54,626 nt of DNA from Myxococcota bacterium. GTDB lineage: Bacteria; Myxococcota; XYA12-FULL-58-9; JALHOP01. Below, piece by piece: positions 34,945 to 44,016 of the stretch; within the stretch, counting starts at the first letter, position 1, and each line of letters opens with the position of its first letter. Both the position numbers and the translations under genes were made by a program. The DNA lies in NCBI GenBank assembly GCA_041288095.1, contig JBGGMJ010000134.1:1-54626 (forward strand). Direction: 5' to 3'. The notes beneath the pieces are model-generated. The model was given only the letters and a program-made list of their open reading frames with translations. It did no database searches and had not been told where the DNA came from.

Positions 34945-37067
34945 TCGGCCGAGAGCGGGCCGCGCCGCCGGCGCAGCCAAAACATGCCCGCGACGAGCCC
35001 GAGCCAGGAGCCGTGGACCGCGCCGCATCCCATCGTTGGCTGTTCGAGCACCGCCATGGTGACGCTCGCTTCGGCGCTGTTGCCGGCGGTGTCCTGGGCG
35101 GTGGCGCGCACGCGGATGGTGGCGCTGTCCGGCAGATCGTCGAGCGCGAGAACCTCACCATGTCGCACCGTCCCCGAGCGGATGATCGTATCGGGGACCG
35201 CTTGTGAGCTGACGATGCCGACCTGATAGGCGATGCGCTCCGCCAAAGCGGTGTCGTCCTCCGCCTCGATGCGCAAGCGCAAGCCGTGCGTCCCGACGAT
35301 GCCGCGGGGCTGCTCGGCGAAGCGGATGGTGGGTGGGAGAGCATCGACGTCGACGTTCACGTCGAAGCCGACGGGGTCGAGGTTCCCCATGAGATCGACG
35401 GCGGCGAGGTGAATGGTGTGCTGGCCGTCCGCGAGCCCTTCGACGAGCACTTGCGCTCCGGCCCGCAGATCGCTGTCGGCGGGACTGCCGTCGACCGTCA
35501 CCTGATGCCGCATGAGCTCGCCGATGGTGGTGTTGTCCGTGGACGCGACGGTGATGGCGACGTCCGGCGAGCATGGGCAGACCGGCGCCGCGCCGATCGC
35601 GGTCGTCGGCGGCACGGCGTCGCTCGCGTCGATGTCGACGAGGCCGATCTCGGCGATGACCGCGTCGTTGGTGGTACGGAGCGCGCCGATGGTGATGGCG
35701 ACGTACGCCGCGTCGAAGAGGCCGGTGATGATCGGCAGGTCGCCGATCTGCTTGGTGACGAACGGCATGACGGCGTTGCGCACGAAGCGGTCGACTCCAT
35801 CCTGGGTGAAGCCGAGGCTCGAGCTGCCGAGGGTGATCTGCAGCGGCGTGACGCTGGCTTCCGTCGTCGCCAGCACCAGCTCGCGGGTCGCGGCACGCAT
35901 GCGTGTGTCCGCGGCAATGGACAGGTTGCCGAGGAAGTCCGCGGTGTAGTCGCGGTCGTTGGGGACGGTGACGGCGATATGCCCCGACAAGCGCGACAGC
36001 TCGACGGTGGCGCTACCGGTCTCGCTGGCCACGAAGGCCACGCGCGGCGGCGCCAGCGCGTTCAGGGTGACGTGGGTGGTCGTGCCTTTGACGAGGGTCG
36101 CGAGCAGGTCGTCGATGGCGGGTGCCGCGCTCGGTACCTCGAGGCACAACCAGCCGGCGCGCCAAGCGCTCTCCACCACGTTTTGGGCGAAGCGGCTCGA
36201 GATGGCGACGCTGGTCGCTTGCGGCATGACGATCGACGGAGGCGGAGACGTCGGTGCCACGCTCGAGTCGAGACCGGCGGTGCAGTTCGCTATGACGGGC
36301 GCGTCGGTCTTGACGCCGAAGGTCATGGTGATGCCGGCGGCGTCGATGGCCACGCCCTCGGGCTGCGCCGTGACGGCGATGCCCTTGATGGTCGTCGGCT
36401 TGATGAGATCGGAGGTGAGGGCAGCGACCTGCGTTTCGATCAACGCCGGGATGAAGGCTTCGATCTCCGCGGCGGCGTAGTTGATGAGATCGTCGCGCAG
36501 CCATTCTTGGCTGGCGTCGAAGGCGCTGGCGTAAGCGGCGCATCCCGTGAGCTCGATGGTCACGTTCGCGTGATCGACCGCGAAGGTGAAGGCATCGACG
36601 ACCAACGTTGGTACACATTGATTGACCGCGATGCTGGCGCGCGCGTGCGCGGTCACCCCATGTGCGACGACGTGTGCGTCGCAGCTGTCGTCGGGTAGGG
36701 CGCAGATCTCGAGGTCCATGTCGCCCGTAGCGTCGATGTCGCCATGGATGTCGATGTCGATGCCGCCATCGACGAGCGTCACCGCGTAGGTCGTGTTGGC
36801 GAGGTGAACGGTGCCGCGCTTGAAGTGGATGATGGTGTCGTCGAACCAGAGCCCGCATTCGCCGAGCACGACGTCGAACTGGCCGAGGCTCGCTTGTTGC
36901 GGCACCAACGCTCCGAGCGGCCGCAAGACCTGCTCGATGCTCTCTTTCTGAATACGCGCGACGACGGCCTGCGACACCAGACCCGGGTCACAGACGGCTT
37001 TCGCCACGCTTGCGTGGAGCACGACCGTCGCTGCAAGCGTCGCGACGGCACACGTCCGGCTCATCAT
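34941..37067 (-). CDS. Exported protein with putative BPI/LBP (TULIP)-like region, Ig-like domains and MYXO-CTERM-like anchor
   Basis: Signal peptide; AVVARIQKESIEQV and VAISSRFAQNVVESAWRAG resemble the two BPI halves; C-terminal GCGAVHGSWLGLVAGMFWLRRRR. Confidence 0.65.
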   Translation of the reverse strand: MMSRTCAVATLAATVVLHASVAKAVCDPGLVSQAVVARIQKESIEQVLRPLGALVPQQASLGQFDVVLGECGLWFDDTIIHFKRGTVHLANTTYAVTLVDGGIDIDIHGDIDATGDMDLEICALPDDSCDAHVVAHGVTAHARASIAVNQCVPTLVVDAFTFAVDHANVTIELTGCAAYASAFDASQEWLRDDLINYAAAEIEAFIPALIETQVAALTSDLIKPTTIKGIAVTAQPEGVAIDAAGITMTFGVKTDAPVIANCTAGLDSSVAPTSPPPSIVMPQATSVAISSRFAQNVVESAWRAGWLCLEVPSAAPAIDDLLATLVKGTTTHVTLNALAPPRVAFVASETGSATVELSRLSGHIAVTVPNDRDYTADFLGNLSIAADTRMRAATRELVLATTEASVTPLQITLGSSSLGFTQDGVDRFVRNAVMPFVTKQIGDLPIITGLFDAAYVAITIGALRTTNDAVIAEIGLVDIDASDAVPPTTAIGAAPVCPCSPDVAITVASTDNTTIGELMRHQVTVDGSPADSDLRAGAQVLVEGLADGQHTIHLAAVDLMGNLDPVGFDVNVDVDALPPTIRFAEQPRGIVGTHGLRLRIEAEDDTALAERIAYQVGIVSSQAVPDTIIRSGTVRHGEVLALDDLPDSATIRVRATAQDTAGNSAEASVTMAVLEQPTMGCGAVHGSWLGLVAGMFWLRRRRGPLSAD

Positions 37068-37078
37068 GTTCACCGTTG

Positions 37079-37105
37079 TTATCGGCGAACGACGACCGGG
37101 GTTGC
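37079..37105 (-). promoter_or_regulatory. Sigma-28-like promoter
   Basis: GCAA-N15-GCCGATAA (consensus FliA -10), 11 nt before ATG 37067. Confidence 0.75.
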
Positions 37106-37155
37106 GCGATGCTTTGACGCGCCGCGCAATTGCCGCCGGCCGCAATGGCGTCGCT

Positions 37156-37635
37156 TTAGCCCTTGGCCGCTGCCTTCAAGCCGGCAATCTCGATCTTGCC
37201 CATTTTCATCATGGCGTCGGTCACGCGCTTCGCCTGGGCCTTGTCGGGCCCCCCCGCCAGCTCCTCGAGGAGCCGCGGTACGATCTGCCAGCTCAGCCCG
37301 TATTTGTCCTTGAGCCAACCGCAGGGCTCGTGGCGACCGCCCTTGCCCAAGGCGTCCCAGAGGCGGTCGATCTCCTCCTGCGTCTCGCAGTTCACCTGGA
37401 TCGAGAACGCGTGGTTGAAGTCGTCGAGCGGACCAGCTTCGAGCGCCCGATAGGGAATCCCGGCGAGTGTGAATTCGATGGTCTTCACCGATCCAGGGGG
37501 GCCGCTGGGACTCTCCGAGTGGAAGGTCGTGACCTTGCCCATCTCCGAGCCTGGAATGAGGGAAGTGTAGAGCTTCACGGCCTCTTCGGCGTTCTTGGCG
37601 AACCACAGAAACTGCGTGACGGTTATCTTCGACAT
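37156..37635 (-). CDS. VOC/PhnB-like (3-demethylubiquinone-9 3-methyltransferase family) protein
   Basis: ITVTQFLWF..NAEEA, CETQEEIDRLWDAL, CGWLKDKYGLSWQIVP; AGGAG RBS. Confidence 0.93.
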   Translation of the reverse strand: MSKITVTQFLWFAKNAEEAVKLYTSLIPGSEMGKVTTFHSESPSGPPGSVKTIEFTLAGIPYRALEAGPLDDFNHAFSIQVNCETQEEIDRLWDALGKGGRHEPCGWLKDKYGLSWQIVPRLLEELAGGPDKAQAKRVTDAMMKMGKIEIAGLKAAAKG

Positions 37636-37787
37636 CGTCGCTCTCCTGGCACGCGCCCCTTGCGCGCTCTCAACATAAGGACGGCGCCGAACGTCCCGAA
37701 CCGACATCGAAACAAAAAAACCACCGACAAAGGCTACCCGCGGCGGCACTGACTATATTTCTTGCTGGGTTCGGGGGGGAAATAGAC

Positions 37788-40226
37788 TTGAATGCCACTA
37801 ATAGCGCGGTGCTTCGCGCCGTCTTGTCGCTTTTGTTCGTGAGCTTCGCCGCGGCCGTAACGGGATGCAGCGACGGTGATCCCGCCGACCCGCGGGAGTT
37901 GGCTGGTGATCGCGATGAGAACGGCGATCACGACATCTTGAGTGATCGCGACAATCCTGGTGACGGCGACGAGGACGAGCCGACCGACGAGGATGAGCCG
38001 CTCGCGCCGTTCGGGCTGGCGACGCGACCCCAACAAGCGAATTGCCGTGCCTTCACGCCGCCGCCCGTGAGCGACGGCTTCGTCTTCGTCGACCGCTTCC
38101 CGAACATCGAGCTCGATACGCCAACTGGTCTGTTCCGGCGGCCGGGCGACAACAGTCGCTGGTACGTCACCGAGCGCGGCGGCCGCATCGTCTGGTTCCC
38201 GAACAACACCAACGCGCAAGCCGCCGACCTGCACGTCGCGCTCGACATCTCCGACATCAACTTCGCGGTGGTCGACTGCAGCATGGGCTCGCTCGCGTTT
38301 CCACCGGACTTCGCGACATCGCAGGTCGTCTATGTCGGCTATTGCTACCAGAACCCCGACGCGGGCTGGCAGACGCAGGTGCGCTTCTCGCGCTTCTCGA
38401 CCTTCGACGGCGGCGATACCTTCCCGCGTGAGACCGAGGAGCTGATCATCGCGCTCGACATGCCGCTCGATGCGATCCACGACGCGCCCGGGCTGCATGC
38501 GGCGGACGCCGCGCGTTTCGGCGCCGACGGCTACTACTACGTCGCGCTCGGCGATGGCGGACCGCTCTACAACTTGGGCGGCGTCCAAGCTCAGGACACC
38601 AACGACCTGCGCGGCAAGCTCTTGCGCATCGACGTGTCGGACACCGACCTGTCGCTGGTGAACGACGGCTACGTCTCCGGCCGCCAACGCATCGCCGCGA
38701 CCTATCCGGCGGACAATCCTTTCATCGCCGGCGGCGGGCATCCGGCGGTCTACGCCTACGGTTTCCGCAACCCCTGGCAATGGCACTTCGACAGTCAGAC
38801 CGGCGCTATTTGGCTCGGCGACGTCGGCAACAGCAGCTGGGAAGAGCTGAACCGCGGCATCGTCGCCGGTGGCAACTACGGTTGGGGGTACTTCGAGGGT
38901 ACCCACTGCGCCACCGACAACGGTTGGACGCAGGAAGATTGCGACACGGTGACCGGCACCATCCCGCCGCTGCTCGACTACGCGCACGGCGATCTCGAGC
39001 AGGAGGGCAGGGCGATCACCGGCGGTGTCGTCTATCGCGGCAACGGCGTGCCGTCGCTCAAGGGCTCGTACATTTTCGGGGACTCATCGGGCGCGCGCAT
39101 CTGGGCGGTGCGCAACGTCGATACGCTGCCTGGAGGGTCGATGCCGGCCAAGGAGCTCCTGGCGAGCGAGGCTCCGGTGTCCGCTTTCGCGCTCGATCAG
39201 AACGGCGAGCTGTTCGCGGCCATCCTCTATCCGACCGCGGCGTTCCCGGCCGGTAAGGTATTGGCGCTGCAGCCGTCGCCGATCGATCCCGGCGCGGTTG
39301 GCGGTCCGCCGGACCTACTCTCCGAGACCGGCTGCTTCGACCCGCTCGACCCGACGAAGCCGGCGAGCGATCTCATCCCCTTCGCGCCCGCCGCCGAGCT
39401 CTGGTCCGACGACGCCACCAAGCGCCGCTGGATGGTCGTACCCAACGGCGAGACGGTGACCGTCAAAGCGGATGGTGACTTCGAGTTTCCGGCGGGGAGC
39501 GTCCTCATCAAGGAGTTCAGCTTGGATGGGGACCGCATCGAGACGCGCTTCCTCGTGCACGAGGAAGAAGAAGGGAGCTGGGCGGGCTACACCTATCGTT
39601 GGAACGAAGACGGGACGGAGGCGACGCTGGTCGACGAAGGCGGCGCCCTGGTGGGCATCGGCTCGCGGACCTGGCTTTATCCCGCGCGAGCGCAGTGCTC
39701 GCGCTGCCACACCAAGGCCGCCGGCGACACGCTCGGGCCGGAGGTGGCGCAGCTCAACAATCCGCTCACCTACGTGTCGAGCGGACTGCGCGCGAACCAG
39801 ATGGCCACGCTCGAGCACATTGGTCTGTTGAACATGGACGCTTTCACGACGCGGCCCTACCCGGCGTTGCCCGCAATCCGCGATAGCAGCGCGTCGGTCG
39901 CCGATCGCGCGCGCGCGTACCTGCACGCCAACTGCGCCAACTGCCACCGCGCTGGCGGTACGACCTTCACGTCGCCGGACTTCCGCTACCAGTTGCCTCT
40001 CGCGCAGATGAACATCTGCAACGAAGTGCCGACGATCAGCGACGCGGAGATCCCGAACGACCCGCGCCTGTTCGCGCCCGGGGAGCCGGCGCGCTCGGTG
40101 GTGTGGGCGCGCATGAAGACCACGGACCCGGCGCTGCGCATGCCGCCGTTGGCGAGCAGCATCGAGGACGAGCTCGCGACCGACCTCATCGCCGATTGGA
40201 TCGCCGAGACGAAAGCTTGTCCGTAA
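37788..40226 (+). CDS. PQQ-dependent sugar dehydrogenase-like beta-propeller fused to a di-heme c-type cytochrome domain; lipoprotein
   Basis: Lipobox VTGC; VALGDGG, GKLLRIDV, PADNPF, YAYGFRNPW, GDVG, GGNYGW; two CxxCH motifs (CSRCH, CANCH); RMPPL. Confidence 0.88.
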   Translation: MNATNSAVLRAVLSLLFVSFAAAVTGCSDGDPADPRELAGDRDENGDHDILSDRDNPGDGDEDEPTDEDEPLAPFGLATRPQQANCRAFTPPPVSDGFVFVDRFPNIELDTPTGLFRRPGDNSRWYVTERGGRIVWFPNNTNAQAADLHVALDISDINFAVVDCSMGSLAFPPDFATSQVVYVGYCYQNPDAGWQTQVRFSRFSTFDGGDTFPRETEELIIALDMPLDAIHDAPGLHAADAARFGADGYYYVALGDGGPLYNLGGVQAQDTNDLRGKLLRIDVSDTDLSLVNDGYVSGRQRIAATYPADNPFIAGGGHPAVYAYGFRNPWQWHFDSQTGAIWLGDVGNSSWEELNRGIVAGGNYGWGYFEGTHCATDNGWTQEDCDTVTGTIPPLLDYAHGDLEQEGRAITGGVVYRGNGVPSLKGSYIFGDSSGARIWAVRNVDTLPGGSMPAKELLASEAPVSAFALDQNGELFAAILYPTAAFPAGKVLALQPSPIDPGAVGGPPDLLSETGCFDPLDPTKPASDLIPFAPAAELWSDDATKRRWMVVPNGETVTVKADGDFEFPAGSVLIKEFSLDGDRIETRFLVHEEEEGSWAGYTYRWNEDGTEATLVDEGGALVGIGSRTWLYPARAQCSRCHTKAAGDTLGPEVAQLNNPLTYVSSGLRANQMATLEHIGLLNMDAFTTRPYPALPAIRDSSASVADRARAYLHANCANCHRAGGTTFTSPDFRYQLPLAQMNICNEVPTISDAEIPNDPRLFAPGEPARSVVWARMKTTDPALRMPPLASSIEDELATDLIADWIAETKACP

Positions 40227-40262
40227 TGGCGGACGGATGCTTCAGAATGGAATGAGCAACGA

Positions 40263-41594
40263 GTGACCAATAAGAAATCCAAGAGACGCGACCCGGACCG
40301 GGCGAGCTTCCGCAAGCACCCGGTCGAGTATGTCATGCGTCTCTTCGCCGACGTCCGCGCGGGCGAGGCGGCGACTGTCCTTTTGCTCAGCCTCAACGTC
40401 TTCTTGTTGCTCACCGCCTACTACTTGCTGAAGGTGGCCCGCGAGCCGTTGATCCTCGAGGGCGGCAAGGCCGAGGTGAAGACGTTCGCGTCGGCGGGGC
40501 AGGCGGTGACGCTGGTCTTGGTGTCGTGGGCGTACGGCTGGCTCGCTCACCATGTCGGCCGCATGAAGCTCATCGCCATCGTGTCCATCTTCTTCGTGGG
40601 CAACCTGGTGCTGTTTTTCGTGCTCGGTGAAGCCGGCGTGCCGCTCGGCATTCCGTTTTATCTGTGGGTCGGCGTCTACAGCCTCACCATCCTCACCCAG
40701 TTTTGGGCGTTCGCCGCGGACATCTACACCGACGCCCAAGGCAAGCGTCTGTTTCCAATCATCGGCATCGGTGCATCGGTGGGCTCGGTGCTTGGCGCCT
40801 TCCTGCCCAAGTTGATGATCGAGCTCGGGCCCTTCGTCTTGATGCTCGTCGCCGCGGGCCTATTGCTCGCGGCGCTCGCGGTGACGTTCGTCGTGCACCG
40901 GCGTGAGCGTGAGCTCGGCAAGGAAGACGAGGAAGACCACCATGACCAGCCGCTCGCCGGGGCCAACGGCTGGAAGCTATTGTTCGCGGACAACTACTTG
41001 CTGTTCATCGGGGCGCTCGCGCTCATCATCAACTGCGTCAACACCAACGGCGAGTACATCTTCGACCGCACCTTGCTCGCAACAGCCGAGCAAAAGGCCG
41101 CGCAGTCGGGCCTCGAGGTCAGCCAATACATCGAGAGCGTCAAGTCGACCTACTTCCTGTGGGTGAACGTCGTCGGCTCGGCGCTGCAGCTCTTCGTGGT
41201 GTCGCGTGTCATCAAATACGTCGGCGTGAAGCGCGCCTTGTTCGTCATGCCGCTGATCTCGCTTGTTGGCTATAGCGGACTGACGCTCGCGCCGGTGCTG
41301 CTGCTCACGCTTGTGGTCAAAGTCGGCGAGAACAGCCTCGATTACTCGCTGCAGAATACGGCGCGGAACGCCCTGTGGCTCGTGGTGCCGCGCGACGCCA
41401 AGTACAAGGCCAAGCAAATCACCGACACTGTCATGGTCCGTCTCGGCGACGTATTGGCCGCGGGTGTCGTCTGGGTGGGCACGAAGATGGCGCTGGGGAC
41501 GCGTGCCTTCGTCATCGCCAACATCGTCTTGGCGGTTGCGTGGTTGGCCGTGGTCTTCTATCTGGGGCGCACGCATGAGGAGCGCAAGGCGTGA
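40263..41594 (+). CDS. NTT/TLC-like (ADP/ATP translocase family) MFS transporter
   Basis: LLTAYYLLKVARE, QFWAFAADIY...KRLF, DYSLQNTAR, KYKAK..TD..RLGD; about 12 TM segments. Confidence 0.85.
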   Translation: MTNKKSKRRDPDRASFRKHPVEYVMRLFADVRAGEAATVLLLSLNVFLLLTAYYLLKVAREPLILEGGKAEVKTFASAGQAVTLVLVSWAYGWLAHHVGRMKLIAIVSIFFVGNLVLFFVLGEAGVPLGIPFYLWVGVYSLTILTQFWAFAADIYTDAQGKRLFPIIGIGASVGSVLGAFLPKLMIELGPFVLMLVAAGLLLAALAVTFVVHRRERELGKEDEEDHHDQPLAGANGWKLLFADNYLLFIGALALIINCVNTNGEYIFDRTLLATAEQKAAQSGLEVSQYIESVKSTYFLWVNVVGSALQLFVVSRVIKYVGVKRALFVMPLISLVGYSGLTLAPVLLLTLVVKVGENSLDYSLQNTARNALWLVVPRDAKYKAKQITDTVMVRLGDVLAAGVVWVGTKMALGTRAFVIANIVLAVAWLAVVFYLGRTHEERKA

Positions 41595-41727
41595 GCTCTG
41601 GCCGCGTCGGGTCGTTCTTGCTCATGGTCGTCGCGCACGCGGTGCCGTTCATCGCGACTCGTCTACGCTTCCGCCCGGCCCAGGTCCTCGAGGGGACCTG
41701 GACCGAGCCGAAGGCAATAGAGAATTC

Positions 41728-43230
41728 TTAGTCTTTTTTGGCTTCGACCTGCTGGATGCCCTGCCACAGGGGCAACGTCCCATCCTTCGTGATGATGGCA
41801 TACGCGTAGGACTGGTCGAAGTTGATCGCGATCGGTGGCGGCGGCTCGCTGTGCATCGCCGACTCCATCATCGCCATCTCGACGACCTGCGCCGCCTTGG
41901 TCTGGCGCGGGCCGAGCTCGATGACTGCTTTCAATCGCGCTGCGTTCGGCGCCGTCTCGCCCGAGGCGATCATGCCGCTGAACTTCAGGGGCGCGAGCTT
42001 GCGCAGCACCTCGAGGAAGTCCTCCGGCTTGAACTCGGTCTTGAACGCGCCGAGCTGGAACTTGTCCTTGGCGTCGAAGTCACGCGCTTCGGCGTTCGCG
42101 AAGGCGGCCGCGAGCTGGGCGCTGCCGACGTCGAGGAGGAGCTGCTTCGGGGTGAGGTTACCCTTGGGCATCATGGCGACGAAGCTCGCGCCTTGCTCAT
42201 CGCCGTAGGGGAACATGACCGCGGTGAAGCGCGCATTGTCGATCACCTTGAGGCCGCCCTGGGCAAGCTTCATGCGCCCGTTGGCTGCATCCGAGGCCTC
42301 CTTCAGTCGCGGGATGATCTCGTGCTGCGCACCCTTGAGGTAGGGGACCTCGAGGTACTTCGCGGCGTCCTTGTTCCATTCGGCGGCCGCGAGCTTCTCG
42401 ACGGACGGCTCTTCGTCGCCCTTGCGGTGGTACCGCTTGGCGTTCGCGAGCAGCGACGGACCGAAGTCCTTCTCCTTCTCGAGACGGGTCTTGTAGCCCG
42501 GGTCTTCGATGAGCTCCTTCGCGTGAACGAAGGGATGGGTGAAGGTGCCCTCGAAGCCGATGGCCGAGATCAGCGACCAGATGTACTCCGGCAGCGCGTC
42601 CTTATCGACGAAGTCGTTGATCATGCCGTTGGTGGCATCGGAGATCGTCTTGTTCATGTCGGCGGCCGCGTCTTCGAAGTCCTTGTCGGTCTTGAGCGGC
42701 TTGTCGATGACCTTGTCGCCGGCCGTGGCCTTCTTGAAGCTGTCGGTGAAACCACCGGTCTTGATCTCGTTCGAGAAGGCGATGTTGGCGAACTTCACCG
42801 CGATGCCCTTGTCGAGACTACCGAGGCGAGCCGCGAGCGCTTCGGCCCCGGCGCTGACCTGCTCGAGGCTCAAGCCGTCGAGACCGAGGGTCTTCAAGTA
42901 GTTGTTGCGCTCGGCGCCTTCCTTGGTGCCCTTGGCGGCGAACATGAGCAAGGCGGCGACGCCCGGCGCGGAGAAGGTCGCGCTCTGGCCGTCGACGACC
43001 ATCTCCTGCGTCAGGATCTGCGCGATACGGCCGATGCAACCGGCAATCTTGCTCTCGACGGTTGCCTTGGCGCCGCCGGCGCCCTCGACGCGCGAGAAGG
43101 CCGAAGCGCCGTCGACCGCCGCCGATTGGTTGCTGATGCTGGAGCTCGGACCAGAACCTGAGCCGGTCTCGGGTGCGCGAGCGATGTTGCGACCAAGAAT
43201 GCGGCCAATGTGTGAAATCGAATCAGTCAT
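41728..43230 (-). CDS. Divergent serpin with Ser/Gly-rich N-terminal extension
   Basis: FSAPGVAALLMFAAKGT, ISDATNGMI, LISAIGFEGTFTHPF, MFPYG, FVAMMP, C-terminal INFDQSYAYAI..LPLWQG. Confidence 0.75.
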   Translation of the reverse strand: MTDSISHIGRILGRNIARAPETGSGSGPSSSISNQSAAVDGASAFSRVEGAGGAKATVESKIAGCIGRIAQILTQEMVVDGQSATFSAPGVAALLMFAAKGTKEGAERNNYLKTLGLDGLSLEQVSAGAEALAARLGSLDKGIAVKFANIAFSNEIKTGGFTDSFKKATAGDKVIDKPLKTDKDFEDAAADMNKTISDATNGMINDFVDKDALPEYIWSLISAIGFEGTFTHPFVHAKELIEDPGYKTRLEKEKDFGPSLLANAKRYHRKGDEEPSVEKLAAAEWNKDAAKYLEVPYLKGAQHEIIPRLKEASDAANGRMKLAQGGLKVIDNARFTAVMFPYGDEQGASFVAMMPKGNLTPKQLLLDVGSAQLAAAFANAEARDFDAKDKFQLGAFKTEFKPEDFLEVLRKLAPLKFSGMIASGETAPNAARLKAVIELGPRQTKAAQVVEMAMMESAMHSEPPPPIAINFDQSYAYAIITKDGTLPLWQGIQQVEAKKD

Positions 43231-43274
43231 TGCAGTACCCTTTTTGCGTGGAACTTCCCGTTTAACGCCGACGG

Positions 43275-43301
43275 GTATCGGCGCGCTGATTGCGCTGTTG
43301 C
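43275..43301 (-). promoter_or_regulatory. Sigma-28-like promoter
   Basis: GCAA-N15-GCCGATAC, 44 nt before the serpin ATG. Confidence 0.72.
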
Positions 43302-43347
43302 GTTTTCGGGAGTGCCAGCGTGGAAGGGGGAGTGTGACGCGCGCACG

Positions 43348-43379
43348 AAACGGCGAGCCGCCATTGCAGCGGCCCGCCG
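43348..43379 (-). terminator. Probable intrinsic terminator
   Basis: CGGCGGGCCGC-loop-GCGGCTCGCCG then TTT on the minus strand, just after the stop at 43400. Confidence 0.5.
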
Positions 43380-43399
43380 AGTCGCTTGGAACTGCTAGA

Positions 43400-43885
43400 C
43401 TAGTTGGTCGACTTCGGAGCGTGCGCTTCCATCATGGCGATGTCTTGCTGCATGAGCGCCGCCATTTCCTTCTCGGTCTTGAGCAAGCGCTTCATCGATT
43501 CCATGATCTTGGGGTCGGACATCATCATCTTCTCGTCGTGCGGCGCGTTCGGCCACTTGGCGGCGTTGGTCATGTTGGTCGCGGTCTTGCCCATCATGGT
43601 GGCGAGGTCGCGGTGATCCTTGGCGAGCATCTTCATGCCGTCGGCTTCGGCGATGGCGTCCTTGTTGCCCTTGGCCGTGGCCACCATGAAGGCGGCGTGG
43701 GCGTCCATCATGTCGGCGACGGAGGTCATGAGCTCGACCATCTTGGTCGGCAACACCGCGCGGTCGGCCATGTGCTGGCCGCAGCTCTTCATGTCCTTCG
43801 CCTTGCTGTCCATCTTGTCGCCAGCAACAGCCACACCCGCAACACCAGCCACCAACAAACAACACGTCGCTACGATCGCCTTCAT
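43400..43885 (-). CDS. Exported Met/His-rich helical hypothetical protein
   Basis: Signal peptide MKAIVATCCLLVAG; GGAG RBS; very Met-rich. Confidence 0.8.
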   Translation of the reverse strand: MKAIVATCCLLVAGVAGVAVAGDKMDSKAKDMKSCGQHMADRAVLPTKMVELMTSVADMMDAHAAFMVATAKGNKDAIAEADGMKMLAKDHRDLATMMGKTATNMTNAAKWPNAPHDEKMMMSDPKIMESMKRLLKTEKEMAALMQQDIAMMEAHAPKSTN

Positions 43886-44016
43886 TGGAATCTCCATTTG
43901 GTTTGGTACGGCGTGCCGGGCTTATCCCGCTTCCGACCAGGATGCACGACGCGGTGTGGTGGTGTTTTGGGGCCGGCGCCGATCGAACCGGCTAAGTGCG
44001 CTCCGGGGCGCGTCAA

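Noticed and set aside
41311..43161. Long plus-strand ORF (616 aa) and similar long antisense ORFs (24387-25886, 35286-36698, 8390-9454, 45912-47069)
   Set aside because: Shadow ORFs opposite genes with recognisable motifs; expected in high-GC DNA.
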